Shown in pieces: positions 54,776-64,000 of a stretch of DNA of 64,000 nucleotides; the stretch's first letter is position 1; every line of letters starts with the position of its first letter. The position numbers were made by a program, and so were the translations under genes. The notes beneath the pieces were generated by a model. That model saw only the letters and a program-made list of their open reading frames with translations, was not told where the DNA came from and made no database searches. Source of the DNA: an uncultured Gemmataceae bacterium. GTDB taxonomy: Bacteria > Planctomycetota > Planctomycetia > Gemmatales > Gemmataceae. Where the stretch lies: positions 2,592,001 through 2,656,000 of the forward strand of contig CAVVPN010000003.1 in assembly GCA_963750165.1 (NCBI GenBank), in the 5' to 3' direction.

Positions 54776-55684
54776 TCAGACGAGGAACGCGAGGAACACC
54801 GCGCGCTCGTCGAAGGGCTCGAAGCCGAGACGGGCGTACAGCTGGCGGGCCGGCAGGTTGCGTCGGTCCACGGCCAGGGTGGACATCAGTGCCCCGGCGG
54901 CACGGGCGGCGCGCAGGGCACGGCGAGTCAGTTCCTGGCCGTGACCGCGGCCCCGCGCCTCGGGGACGACGCCGAGGTACGAGACATCCAGACTCCGCCA
55001 TTCGGGAATCTCATTCAAGAGCAGCACGCCGGCCGGCCGGCCGTTTTCGCGCGCCAGCCACCAGCGCTGCGGGTCGTAACGGCCCTGCGCCTGGTGGCCG
55101 GCGATGACATCGTGAATGTCGCGGATGTGGTTCACCTCCGGGCAGTCCAGGGTGCCCTCGTAGGTGCGCAGCAGCGTCTCGTGAAACAGATCCGCGTCGC
55201 CGGCGTCATAGGCGTCATAGGTCAACCGCTCCGGCGGGTCGTCTGCCGCGGTCGGGTCGAGCGTGCGGCGCAGGTACTCCAGCACCGTGACGTGGCGGAA
55301 GCCGTGGCGCAGCAGCGGCGCGGCGTGGGGCACTTCCTCGGCCGCCAGCAGCGCCTGCGCAATCCGGGCACCGCGACCGCGGAGCAGGTCGAGCGCGGCG
55401 CCGGTCAGCGCGTCCTCCAGCGCCGGCATGTCGGCCACAGGCGGCCAGACGAGGCCGGTGGCGCCCCGCAGCGGCAGACACACGAGCACACCGCCCAGCC
55501 CTGCCGCTCCGCGCGCCACCAGGACGCCGGCCGGGTCGAGGTCGCCGCGCTCCAGCGCCCGCAGGGCGTTGCTGGCGCGGACGACGGCCTCCTCCGGCGA
55601 CTGGCGGCGGTACAACAGGCGCACAGCGTCGGCGAGTTCGTCGGGCCGGGCCGGTGCGACGATGATATTCGTGGTGTTCGTCAT
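54776..55684 (-). CDS. Tandem GNAT acetyltransferase
   Basis: YLGVVPEARGRGHG, NLPARQLYARLGF. Confidence 0.85.
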   Translation of the reverse strand: MTNTTNIIVAPARPDELADAVRLLYRRQSPEEAVVRASNALRALERGDLDPAGVLVARGAAGLGGVLVCLPLRGATGLVWPPVADMPALEDALTGAALDLLRGRGARIAQALLAAEEVPHAAPLLRHGFRHVTVLEYLRRTLDPTAADDPPERLTYDAYDAGDADLFHETLLRTYEGTLDCPEVNHIRDIHDVIAGHQAQGRYDPQRWWLARENGRPAGVLLLNEIPEWRSLDVSYLGVVPEARGRGHGQELTRRALRAARAAGALMSTLAVDRRNLPARQLYARLGFEPFDERAVFLAFLV

Positions 55685-55699
55685 GGTTGCTTGGTTTTG

Positions 55700-55760
55700 G
55701 TTCGTAGTACCGCCTTCAGGCGGTCTTCGCTCGAACCCGCCTGAAGGCGGTACTACGAAC
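55700..55760. repeat. REP-like palindromic doublet, family B
   Basis: GTTCGTAGTACCGCCTTCAGGCGG / CCGCCTGAAGGCGGTACTACGAAC. Confidence 0.9.
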
Positions 55761-55771
55761 GAAGAGAGCGC

Positions 55772-56659
55772 TCATGTCTGACCGGGCCGCAGCGGCCGCT
55801 GGCCCCAGGGGATGGGCATGGTCGGCGGCGTGCGGTGGCGGTCGCGGCGCGGGTCGGGCTTGCGGTCCTTGAACCAGCTGACGAAGCGCACCAGTTGCTT
55901 GACGGCCTCCTCATACGCCTGCTTGCCCTTCTCGGCGGTGGCCAGTTGCGCCTCGCCGAGGACGCCCGTCTCGGAATACGAACTGGTCCACGAGATGAGC
56001 GTCGCGGGGCCGGCGGCGAACAGATCGACCCAGCAAAACGGGCTGTCCTCCTCATTGAAGCTGATGGTGCCGCTCTTGATTTGATCCTTGCGGACGTTGT
56101 CGCCGTCGAGGTAGAGGTACAGCGACGTTTCCAGTTCGCAGGCGTGGGCGCAGCCGCCAGGGAACTTGCTCTGCCGCCAGCGTGGCAGAAAAGTCTTGTC
56201 GATGGTGAGCAGGGTCCACCAGCAAGCGGGGATGCACTCGGCGTCGGTTTCGAGGTTGGTGCGGCGGGCGACGAGATCGAGGTTGGGCCAGTTGGAGCCG
56301 TGGCCATTGAGCAGAACGATCTTTTTGAAGCCGTGGTAGGCGAGCGATTTGGTGATGTCGAGCACATGGTGCATGAAGTGCTCGAAATCGTTGTTGATGG
56401 TGCCGGGGAAGTCCATGACGTGACCGGTGTAGCCATAGCAGACGGTGGGCAGCACCAGGAGCTTGTCGGGCACGGCCTTGCCGGCGCCGCGGGCGATCTC
56501 GGTGGGGCAGATGAGGTCCACGTCGAGCGGCAGGTGCGGCCCGTGCTGCTCGACGGCGCCGCAGGGCAGCAGGCAAACCTTGCCGAGCGCGACGGCGTCG
56601 TTGATCTCGGGCCAGGTGAGTTTTTCGTAACGGTATTCGGTGGCGGCTCGGCTCGGCAT
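55772..56659 (-). CDS. Creatininase family amidohydrolase
   Basis: GAVEQHGPHLPLDVD, NGHGSN, HACELETS. Confidence 0.92.
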   Translation of the reverse strand: MPSRAATEYRYEKLTWPEINDAVALGKVCLLPCGAVEQHGPHLPLDVDLICPTEIARGAGKAVPDKLLVLPTVCYGYTGHVMDFPGTINNDFEHFMHHVLDITKSLAYHGFKKIVLLNGHGSNWPNLDLVARRTNLETDAECIPACWWTLLTIDKTFLPRWRQSKFPGGCAHACELETSLYLYLDGDNVRKDQIKSGTISFNEEDSPFCWVDLFAAGPATLISWTSSYSETGVLGEAQLATAEKGKQAYEEAVKQLVRFVSWFKDRKPDPRRDRHRTPPTMPIPWGQRPLRPGQT

Positions 56660-56793
56660 GTGCGGCTCCCGGAACGTGAGTGAGGGTTGCGGGTCGTTGT
56701 ATCCGCGGCGGGCCGCGGCGGTGAGGGGTGGTGTTGCCCGAGCAGCGGGCGGCGGCTATGCTGCGGCGAACCAGGCCGGGGCACGGAGGCGCT

Positions 56794-57727
56794 ATGGCAC
56801 AGCAGACGTTCGACCCGAGCAGCAAGTGGATGCTGGAGGTGTACGGGGCCAGCATCCTGTACCTGGCGGGCGCCCGCGGCGTGCTGTCGTGCAAGGCGCG
56901 GAAGGCTGAGGTGGTGCAGCCGCGGCAGCTGCCCGACGGCCTGCTGGAGGCACGCTTCGCCGACAGCAAGGAGCCGCGGCTGGTGCTGGTGGAGGTGGCC
57001 ACGTACCCCGAGCCGCGCGTCGTGCAGCAGGTGTGCGACGACATCCGCCTGGTACGGCAGGCGCGCGGGGTGCTGCCCGAGGCGGTGGTGCTGTGCCTGT
57101 GCCCGCGCGGCCAGTACCGCGTGCCCGAGCAGGCGCAGGCACGGAGCGCGCTGGGCTGGACAACGGAGACGCTATCGTGGAAGGTGGTGGAGTTGTGGAC
57201 GCTGTCGGCGGAGGAACTGTTAGCGGCGCCGAACGTGGGCGTGGTGCCGTGGGCGACCCTGGCGCGGTACGACGGGCCGCCGGAGGTGCTGTTGCAGCGC
57301 TGCCGCGACCGCATTGACCGCGAGGGCGGCAGGCAAACCGACAACCTGCTGGCGGTTAGCCAGGTGTTCGCCAAACTGCACTTCGACCGGCCGGGATGGT
57401 TGGAGATTATAGGAGGAAAGAAGATGTTCAGCGATTTGCCTCCGATTAAGGAGCTTACCGCCGAGTCCGCCCGGGCAACGCACGTGAAGAATATCCTCCG
57501 TGTCCTGAGTAAGCGGTTCGGCGCGGCGCCCCCCGCCGTCGCGGCCGGGCTCGCACAGGTGAAGGAGGAGGATCAGTTCGAGCGCCTGCTGGACCTGGCG
57601 GTAACTTGCGCGAGCCTGCCGCACTTTGAGGATGCGCCTGCGCCGGGAATTGCCCGCACCACCGCCGGCCTCAACGCGCGGCAAACGCCGCTCGCGCAAG
57701 GCACCGCCGGAGGAGGGAAAGCCCTGA
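56794..57727 (+). CDS. Rpn/YhgA-like PD-(D/E)xK protein with DUF4351-like C-terminus (frameshift near 57636)
   Basis: GGAGG RBS; DPSSKW, LPDGLL, LVEVAT, VVELW; C-term LSKRFG..FERLLDLA. Confidence 0.7.
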
Positions 57728-57838
57728 CGGGACTCGGTGGTGGCTCGGCATGGGGGATTCCCGGGTGTATGGACGGCTGGTGGGTAAGGGTTTGCGGGTC
57801 GTTGTATCCGCCCGGGGCTGCGGTGGTGAGGGGACTGC

Positions 57839-58747
57839 TCACCCGAGTTTCCGAATCGCTTTCAGGGCATCCTGCGCACGAACGTAATCCATGCGGCTGG
57901 TGTCGCCGAGGTACTTGAAGAACCGTTTCACCCCCGTCAAGAATTCCTTGCGCCGCGTCGCTGGTTCCGAAGGCAACCCGGCCAGGTAACGCTTCACGTC
58001 CTCCGAGCCAATCTCACGCAGCGACCGCGGCTTCGCCAGGGTGAGCAGGTACGTGTCCCCGAACGCGGCCAGGTTCGCCAGGTCGCGTTCCACCACCCTG
58101 GGGCTGAGGCCGGCGGCGAACAGGTGAGCGCGGAAGGCGGCCAGCACTTTGCTATTGGTTTCCGCCACGTTGGCCGCCGCGTCCTCGGGGCTGATCGGTT
58201 TCAGCGAGGTGAGCACGGCGCCGCGTTCCTTGGCGTCGCGGTACGTCTCCTCCAGGTCCTTCCGGTATCCCGGCCCCACCATGACGTTGTAAGGGACGAT
58301 CAGGCTGTCGTAGATGATGTGGTCTTCAAACGGGAGCAGCACGGCATCGGCGATGCAGGGGACGAAAGGAGTCACCTCCTCCAGGGAACTGGCCAACCCC
58401 AGCACCCCGTACACGGCCGAGGGGTCGCCGCCGATGAGAATCGAGTAACGCTTCAGGTGTCGCAGGACGAAGAATTTCCCCTCGCGCCGGTCCTTCCAGC
58501 TCGCCGCCAGGGCCAGGTCGGCGTCGGACAACTTTGCGGGGTTCTCGGCGACGAAGGCGTCCAGCAGCGAGTCGTCGGCCCAGAGGGCGTCGCGGATGAT
58601 CTTCACCTTGGGGACTGACCAGGGGCCGTCCAGGCCAAAGTCGGGCGGCAGCATCTCCGGCACCAGCTTGAGCCGCCGGTTCACGAATAGCATCAGCGGC
58701 TTCCAGATGGCGTAGAAGCGCTCCACCTGATCGGCTGAAAGTTGCAC
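57839..58747 (-). CDS. Hypothetical protein with C-terminal integrase core-binding (SAM-like) domain
   Basis: FRAHL..GLSPRVV....L..F ... DVKRYL ... VKRFFKYL; no catalytic domain. Confidence 0.7.
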   Translation of the reverse strand: MQLSADQVERFYAIWKPLMLFVNRRLKLVPEMLPPDFGLDGPWSVPKVKIIRDALWADDSLLDAFVAENPAKLSDADLALAASWKDRREGKFFVLRHLKRYSILIGGDPSAVYGVLGLASSLEEVTPFVPCIADAVLLPFEDHIIYDSLIVPYNVMVGPGYRKDLEETYRDAKERGAVLTSLKPISPEDAAANVAETNSKVLAAFRAHLFAAGLSPRVVERDLANLAAFGDTYLLTLAKPRSLREIGSEDVKRYLAGLPSEPATRRKEFLTGVKRFFKYLGDTSRMDYVRAQDALKAIRKLG

Positions 58748-58796
58748 GGCAATCCCTTCCTCCCTTTGCCACCTGAACGGGCGGAGGTGGTGAACT

Positions 58797-60044
58797 TTAA
58801 TTCCTCAATCGATACTGGAGCCAGTCTGCCAGCAGAGTTCCGGCCCAGACCACCGGGATGGACAGCAGAAACAGGAACTGGTAATCGCGGTGCCAGTCGA
58901 AGTCCGTCAACCCGTCAAGGATCGATCGCTCTGGATCGAGGGCGCGCCGGACCAGGGCCGTCGCACCTTGGAGCGTGGCGGCCAGCCCCAGGGCGACCGA
59001 AAACTTCAGGTACTTGAAGTGCGGCGGCTTGAGCGCCAGGTGGATTTCGCCGGTGAGCAGCCCCGTCCGGGTCTCCACGCGGTACACCAGCCGGTCCGGT
59101 TTGCTGACCAGTTCACTGTAGATCACATCAATGTCAAACGTCCAGCCGTTTTCCTCCGCCTCAAACTCTGCCTTGCGGACGTAAATCAGTCCTGGAATGT
59201 CCTGGAGTTTGATGTCCTTCACCTCAGCAGCGTTCTGCGGCCGGATCACCACCTGGTAACTGCCGCCGCCGACCAGCGGGTACGCCGAGCGCACCAGGCC
59301 GACGGGAGGACCGCCGCGGCCACCGGCGCGAAGGACGATCTGGTCGGAGGACAACCGGCTCGGCTCCAGAAAGCGGAACAGTTGGCCGACCTTGGCCGTC
59401 ACGGGTTTGACGGCGACGCTTCGTTCGGAACGCACGTCCGCACCGTCCACCACCGCCGACATGAGAATCTTCAGGTCCCCTGTGGCGGCGACGATCGCCG
59501 TCTCCACGTCTCCCGGTCCGAACGCCAGCCGGACAATGGGCCACTTGCCGGAGCGCACCGCCGCCTCCGGGCCGATGTGAATGCGCAGGTTCCTGTACGC
59601 CGTCTGTCCCTCGTGGTGGAAGGTCAACAGAACCTTGGTGGTGTCACCGTAGGAACAAATGGGCTCGTCGGAGACAACCACGTCCCGCCCCAGGGCCGGC
59701 CGGACCTGTACGAGGCGGGACGGCAAGGGCACAAGATCATCCACCTCGGCCAGTTCCAGGCAAATCGTTGCCAGTTCCAGTTCGCGCACACTGGCCACCT
59801 TGAGCAGCATCGTGAAACGGTAGGATTCGCCCGGCCGGACTTCCACGTCACGCTGAAGAAAATCGCTATCGATCTGCACGTCCTTGTCGGCGCAGTCCAC
59901 GTTGCGTACGCGGACGGGGGTCTTTTGATCCAGCGGCCGGCGGAGGCGAATCGTGAGCGGGAACCAGGTGCCGACGAACGCCGTCCCCCCGTCTATTTCA
60001 AGGTCGATAAGCACGGGCGGACGGGGAGGAGTTAAGGCGACCAT
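58797..60044 (-). CDS. Hypothetical beta-rich protein with two C-terminal TM helices
   Basis: 415 aa ORF; hydrophobic FSVALGLAATLQGATALV and FLFLLSIPVVWAGTLLA. Confidence 0.75.
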   Translation of the reverse strand: MVALTPPRPPVLIDLEIDGGTAFVGTWFPLTIRLRRPLDQKTPVRVRNVDCADKDVQIDSDFLQRDVEVRPGESYRFTMLLKVASVRELELATICLELAEVDDLVPLPSRLVQVRPALGRDVVVSDEPICSYGDTTKVLLTFHHEGQTAYRNLRIHIGPEAAVRSGKWPIVRLAFGPGDVETAIVAATGDLKILMSAVVDGADVRSERSVAVKPVTAKVGQLFRFLEPSRLSSDQIVLRAGGRGGPPVGLVRSAYPLVGGGSYQVVIRPQNAAEVKDIKLQDIPGLIYVRKAEFEAEENGWTFDIDVIYSELVSKPDRLVYRVETRTGLLTGEIHLALKPPHFKYLKFSVALGLAATLQGATALVRRALDPERSILDGLTDFDWHRDYQFLFLLSIPVVWAGTLLADWLQYRLRN

Positions 60045-60064
60045 GACGGGATCCCGGAAGGATG

Positions 60065-62070
60065 TCAGGATTTCGGTTCCACAATGGCTTCTGTCGCTTC
60101 AACCAGTTCCGGAGCGCCATCCAACTTGGCGATGGCCTGCCGGACCTGGTCCAGCAACTCCCCAAGGTAAGTAGCCTTGATTTTACTCAGCAGGTAGGCT
60201 TCACCCGTGACCCAATCGTCCGGGGAGTAGTCATCGCGGTTTTTCCACACCTCGACGGCGGCTTTCAAGTTCGTCTCATCTGCCGGGATCAATACCCGGT
60301 CGAAGATTTGGCCCGGCTTCTGTTGTGCGTACTGCGGGTCAATCGGCCTGGCCCGAACTGGCCAGAGTTGGTATCGAGCAGCCTGTAAGTTGGCAAGCAA
60401 TCTGATGCACTCAGGCATCTTGTCGTTGTAGGTGAACGGCAGGCGCACCAGAAAGATGCGGAACCAGCGGCCAGAATTGTTTTTGGAACAGAACTGAACG
60501 CGGAGGACAGGACAGGCGTTGGTGTCCGTTTGTCTGTCTTCCCAGGTAACCAGGTCGATCCCCATCGAATCGGCCAGAGAATGTCCGGCAAGTTGCAACA
60601 GCTGTTTTACCGTTTCCAGGTGATCCTTGATGTACTGGTGCTCGGGGATGGTTTCTTCATCCTTCCGAAACTCTTTCTGGTAAGTCTGAAAATCGATTTG
60701 TGGACCGATCACCACCTCGGTGATTACCTTGCGAAACTCGATGTCAAAATTCCGCAGTGTGTCGCGGAGTGTGGCCTTTTGCGCGAGTTCGAGCACCCGC
60801 TTCTGATCGAGGGGCATGTAGCGGTTGCCAATCAGATCCAATTTCGGCACCACTTCTTCGCGGTCTTCTCCAAGCCAGCGGTTAATGCGCTGGTAGTACA
60901 AAGCCAGCACCTCCGACGATTCGATGTCGGTCAGAATGAAATTCGGATCCTGGCGGATGCGGTCACGGAACTGGCCCTCCATAGTGGCGATGTACTTGTC
61001 ACGCAATCCTATCGTCATGGTGAACAGAATGAACACGTTGGGCAGGGCGTTGTAGAGTTCGCTCAACTGGGCGAAAAACTTGCGCCACTCATCCGGCGTT
61101 TCAAAGAGGGCTTCGCGGGCCTCCGACTGGTCAAAGGCAAAGAAGAAAACCAACGGACGGGCCGGAGCGCCGTTTACTGATTTGAGCTTGGCAGACACGT
61201 CCGGGGTGAACAGGCTGACAAGGATTTTGATGACGTCAAAGATCTTGAAGTTGTGGTCGATCTCGTCCTGCATGCCCAGTTTGCGCAGGAAATAATCATG
61301 CACGGGCTTGCGCCGCAACCAGTGCAGCACCTTTTCGCGGTCTTCCACGAACAGGTAGCGCAACAGCACGTGCATGACGTGCCGGTGGAAACAATTGTTG
61401 CTCTCCAGCAGAAAACGCTTGCATACGTAGCCGGCGAATTTCCCAAACTCCAGGCTGCGAAAGATGCTGATGTCCCGCTTCTCGATGGCCTCCAGGAACT
61501 GGCCGTGTTCCGCGCCGGTTAACTTGGCCCGGAGCCGACTGAAGAACCCCTTCATGGACCGGCGCTTGTAGTGTTCGATTTCGCCCGGCCGGTCAACGAT
61601 CTGCCGCAGGGCCTGGAATGCAATGTCCTTGATCCGTTCGAGAAGCCGGTGCGGTTCATCGGGAGACGGGTACACCAGGGCATCCAGGATCCACTGGAGC
61701 AAACACGCCTCGAACTCGGGCGGTTTCCAGTGGTTGGAGTTGCACACCAACTCGTACCGGAGGTCCTCCGCCCGTTGCCGCGACCGGAAGCAGTTAATCA
61801 GGTGGGTTTTCCCCATCCCCGGGCTGCCCGTCAGGATGACCAGTTGCGACACCTGGCCGTGGTGGATCTCCTTGAGGATGGCTTCAATGCGCTCGCGCAC
61901 CTTGCTGTGAATGGCCGGAACGTCAAGGTCCACGACGTTGGTGTGGTAGCGGGTGATCCCGTCCGCACTGAACGGCGAGTAGTTGAATTCGGGGTTGCGC
62001 CGAAGCGCAACTTGTAGGACCGCAACACTTCCAGCCGGAGCGATTCAATGTTGAGCGAGGGTGTGCTCAT
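60065..62070 (-). CDS. Large P-loop (AAA+/STAND-like) ATPase (frameshift near 61997)
   Basis: Walker A GSPGMGKT, Walker B FFFAFDQSE; N-terminus MSTPSLNIE overlaps upstream stop. Confidence 0.85.
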
Positions 62071-63026
62071 GGGCGTTTCCAGAGAACGTGGTAGTAAAGC
62101 TTGCCATTGTGCTCGATGCCCAGGTCGGGTTCGGTGGCCTGCTCGCGTTCGTTGAGCACGTGCAAATCCAGGTCGCGCCGGTCCCATAAATCAAGCAATT
62201 GCCGGTGAAACGTGGCAACCGACAACTCGGGCAGCGACTTGACCGCCTCGTGGTAGAGGCGGTTCAAGGGGATCAGTCCATCCTGGTAATCGACGAACCG
62301 GCACAGTTTTTCGTAAGCCTCGTGGAGCACCGGGACCAACGATTTCGGCTCTGTTGGCGGCGTGAGAGCCGGGGCCTCGGCCGGGGTTGGCGTTTGATGG
62401 GCCGTGCGGACCGGCAACGCCTGCAACCGCTGCTCGACCCTGGTCAGCATCGTGGCAAACGCCTGGTCGAGTTTGTCGGCCGTCGCCCCGTTATCACCGC
62501 CCCGCGTCAATTTCTCCAGCTTTTCAAATTGCTGGGCCAGGTCCGTCATTTTTTTCGTAAGGTCGGCTACGGCCTTCTCGACCTGTTTGGGCAGGTCGTC
62601 TACCTTCTTGGCTAGGGCGGCCACTTCTTTTTCCACTTTCTTCTCATCCGGCTCTTTTTTCTTACCCTTGAGGGCGGCTTCCACCTGGCTGCGTAGTTCC
62701 TGACGGTCCGCCTCCAGGTCAAGTTTCAGCGATTGCAACTGGCCGTTACTGGTGGCGGCCAAGGCTTCCGGGGAGGCCGCCTGGTTGAGCCAGGCCACGC
62801 CCTTGTCGGTGAACCCGACCGCATCGACCTGTTTGCTGGTGGTTTTGCCCGCCTTGTTAGTGGTCGTCACCTTGGTCTTGCCGGCAGCCAGGAGTCCCTC
62901 ATCTGCCGCCTGCTTCAACGGTTTCTTGAAGGGTTTGAGCAGGGTGGCCTTGGCGTCCACCGCCTGCCCGCCGAGTAGGCGAACGGCCAACAGGGCGAGC
63001 AGCATTTCCGGGTCCGCGGTCATCAC
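62067..63026 (-). CDS. Hypothetical protein: winged-helix-like ends, central coiled coil
   Basis: AGGAGG RBS; FTDKGVAWL; K/E-rich heptads; C-term IPLNRLY..LSVATFHRQLLDL. Confidence 0.75.
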   Translation of the reverse strand: MMTADPEMLLALLAVRLLGGQAVDAKATLLKPFKKPLKQAADEGLLAAGKTKVTTTNKAGKTTSKQVDAVGFTDKGVAWLNQAASPEALAATSNGQLQSLKLDLEADRQELRSQVEAALKGKKKEPDEKKVEKEVAALAKKVDDLPKQVEKAVADLTKKMTDLAQQFEKLEKLTRGGDNGATADKLDQAFATMLTRVEQRLQALPVRTAHQTPTPAEAPALTPPTEPKSLVPVLHEAYEKLCRFVDYQDGLIPLNRLYHEAVKSLPELSVATFHRQLLDLWDRRDLDLHVLNEREQATEPDLGIEHNGKLYYHVLWKRP

Positions 63027-63154
63027 AGCCTCCTATCTTGAGCGAAGCAACGCCGCGCATTGACAACCGCCTCGGCTCGGGGTGGCGAGTCATACGCCAA
63101 GGGGATGATATACCGTGACTGAGCCGGCATCCAGAAAAATCGCCAGCCCGCCGT

Positions 63155-64000
63155 TTACGCCAGAACCTCCCGGATCGGCCGCCCGTAATCGACCTCCAGC
63201 CGCCGCCGGCCCGGCACCTCCAGCCGCCGCGGGTCCAGCCCCAGCTGGTGCAGCACCGTCGCGTGGAGGTCCGTCACGTAATGCCGATCCTCGACCGCGT
63301 GGAAACCGATCTCGTCCGTCGCCCCGTGGACGACGCCGCCCTTGATGCCGCCGCCGGCCAGCCACGCGCAAAAGCCCTGCGGGTGGTGGTCGCGGCCGTC
63401 GCCCTGCGCCCCGGCGAGCGGCCGAACTCCGTCCCCCAGACCACCAGCGTCTCTTCCAGCAGGCCGCGCCGCTTCAGGTCGCGCACCAGGCCCGCGATCG
63501 GGGAGTCCACCTGCGCCGACAGGTTGCCGTGGTTGCCGCGGATGCCGCTGTGCGCGTCCCACGCCCCGCCGCCGCCGCCGCCGTGGAACAGCTGCACGAA
63601 ACGCACGCCGCGCTCCACCAGCCGCCGCGCCGCCAGGCACAGCGTCCCGAACGGTCGCGTCGCCGGCCGGTCCAGGCCGTACAGCGCCTGCGTCGCCGCG
63701 CCCTCGCGCTCCAGCTGCAGCGTCTCCGGCACGGCGGTCTGCATGCCGGCGGCCAACTCGTAGGAGCGGATGCGCGCCGCAGCGCCGCGTCGTCGGGGTA
63801 CTCGACCGCGGCCAGCCGGTTCAGCCGGCCGAGCAGTTCCAGCTCCGCCCGCTGCTCCTGGGCCGTGGCGCCGCCGGCCGGCGCCACGAACGACAGCGGC
63901 TCGCGGCCGCCGACGTTGAGGCGGACGCCCGCGTGCTCGGCGCCGAGGTAGGCGGCGCCGTGCGTCCACGAACCGCCGCAGCAGTCGCCGGTCGGCGTGC
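63155..64000 (-). CDS. DUF1501 family protein (partial, frameshifts near 63410 and 63780)
   Basis: [46 protein letters not shown]. Confidence 0.92.

Noticed and set aside
57839..58747. Functional integrase or prophage boundary
   Set aside because: No catalytic recombinase domain and no phage genes nearby.

Overview
High-GC bacterial chromosomal segment, most likely Planctomycetota (Gemmataceae-like), judged from DUF1501, DUF4058, TIGR02996-LRR, HYExAFE and Uma2-type genes. Mostly housekeeping and envelope genes: a GDP-mannose/ABC-export polysaccharide cluster (gmd x2, wzm/wzt, manA, GT4, asnB), scattered his genes, apt, rpsU coupled to two desaturases, bioB-bioF-bioDA, upp, xseA-xseB-ispA-dxs and a dnaA-type gene. 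About 17 ORFs, some essential, carry single-base frameshifts, probably assembly errors. Many families of GTAG/GTGG-type palindromic repeats fill intergenic gaps, nest in each other and enter coding sequence. The strongest leads are: (1) a lower-GC operon at 57.8-63.0 kb (HTH/coiled-coil protein, P-loop ATPase, beta-rich 2-TM protein, integrase-core-domain protein), a candidate defence system; (2) an adjacent Rpn-like nuclease gene with a strong internal ribosome-binding site, flanked by a duplicated promoter and start of its neighbour; (3) a 123-bp ISL3-like MITE with 22-bp TIRs and an 8-bp TSD splitting a DUF4058 gene; (4) a candidate ~68-nt small RNA. No rRNA, tRNA or CRISPR array seen. All family calls come from motif recognition, not database searches.
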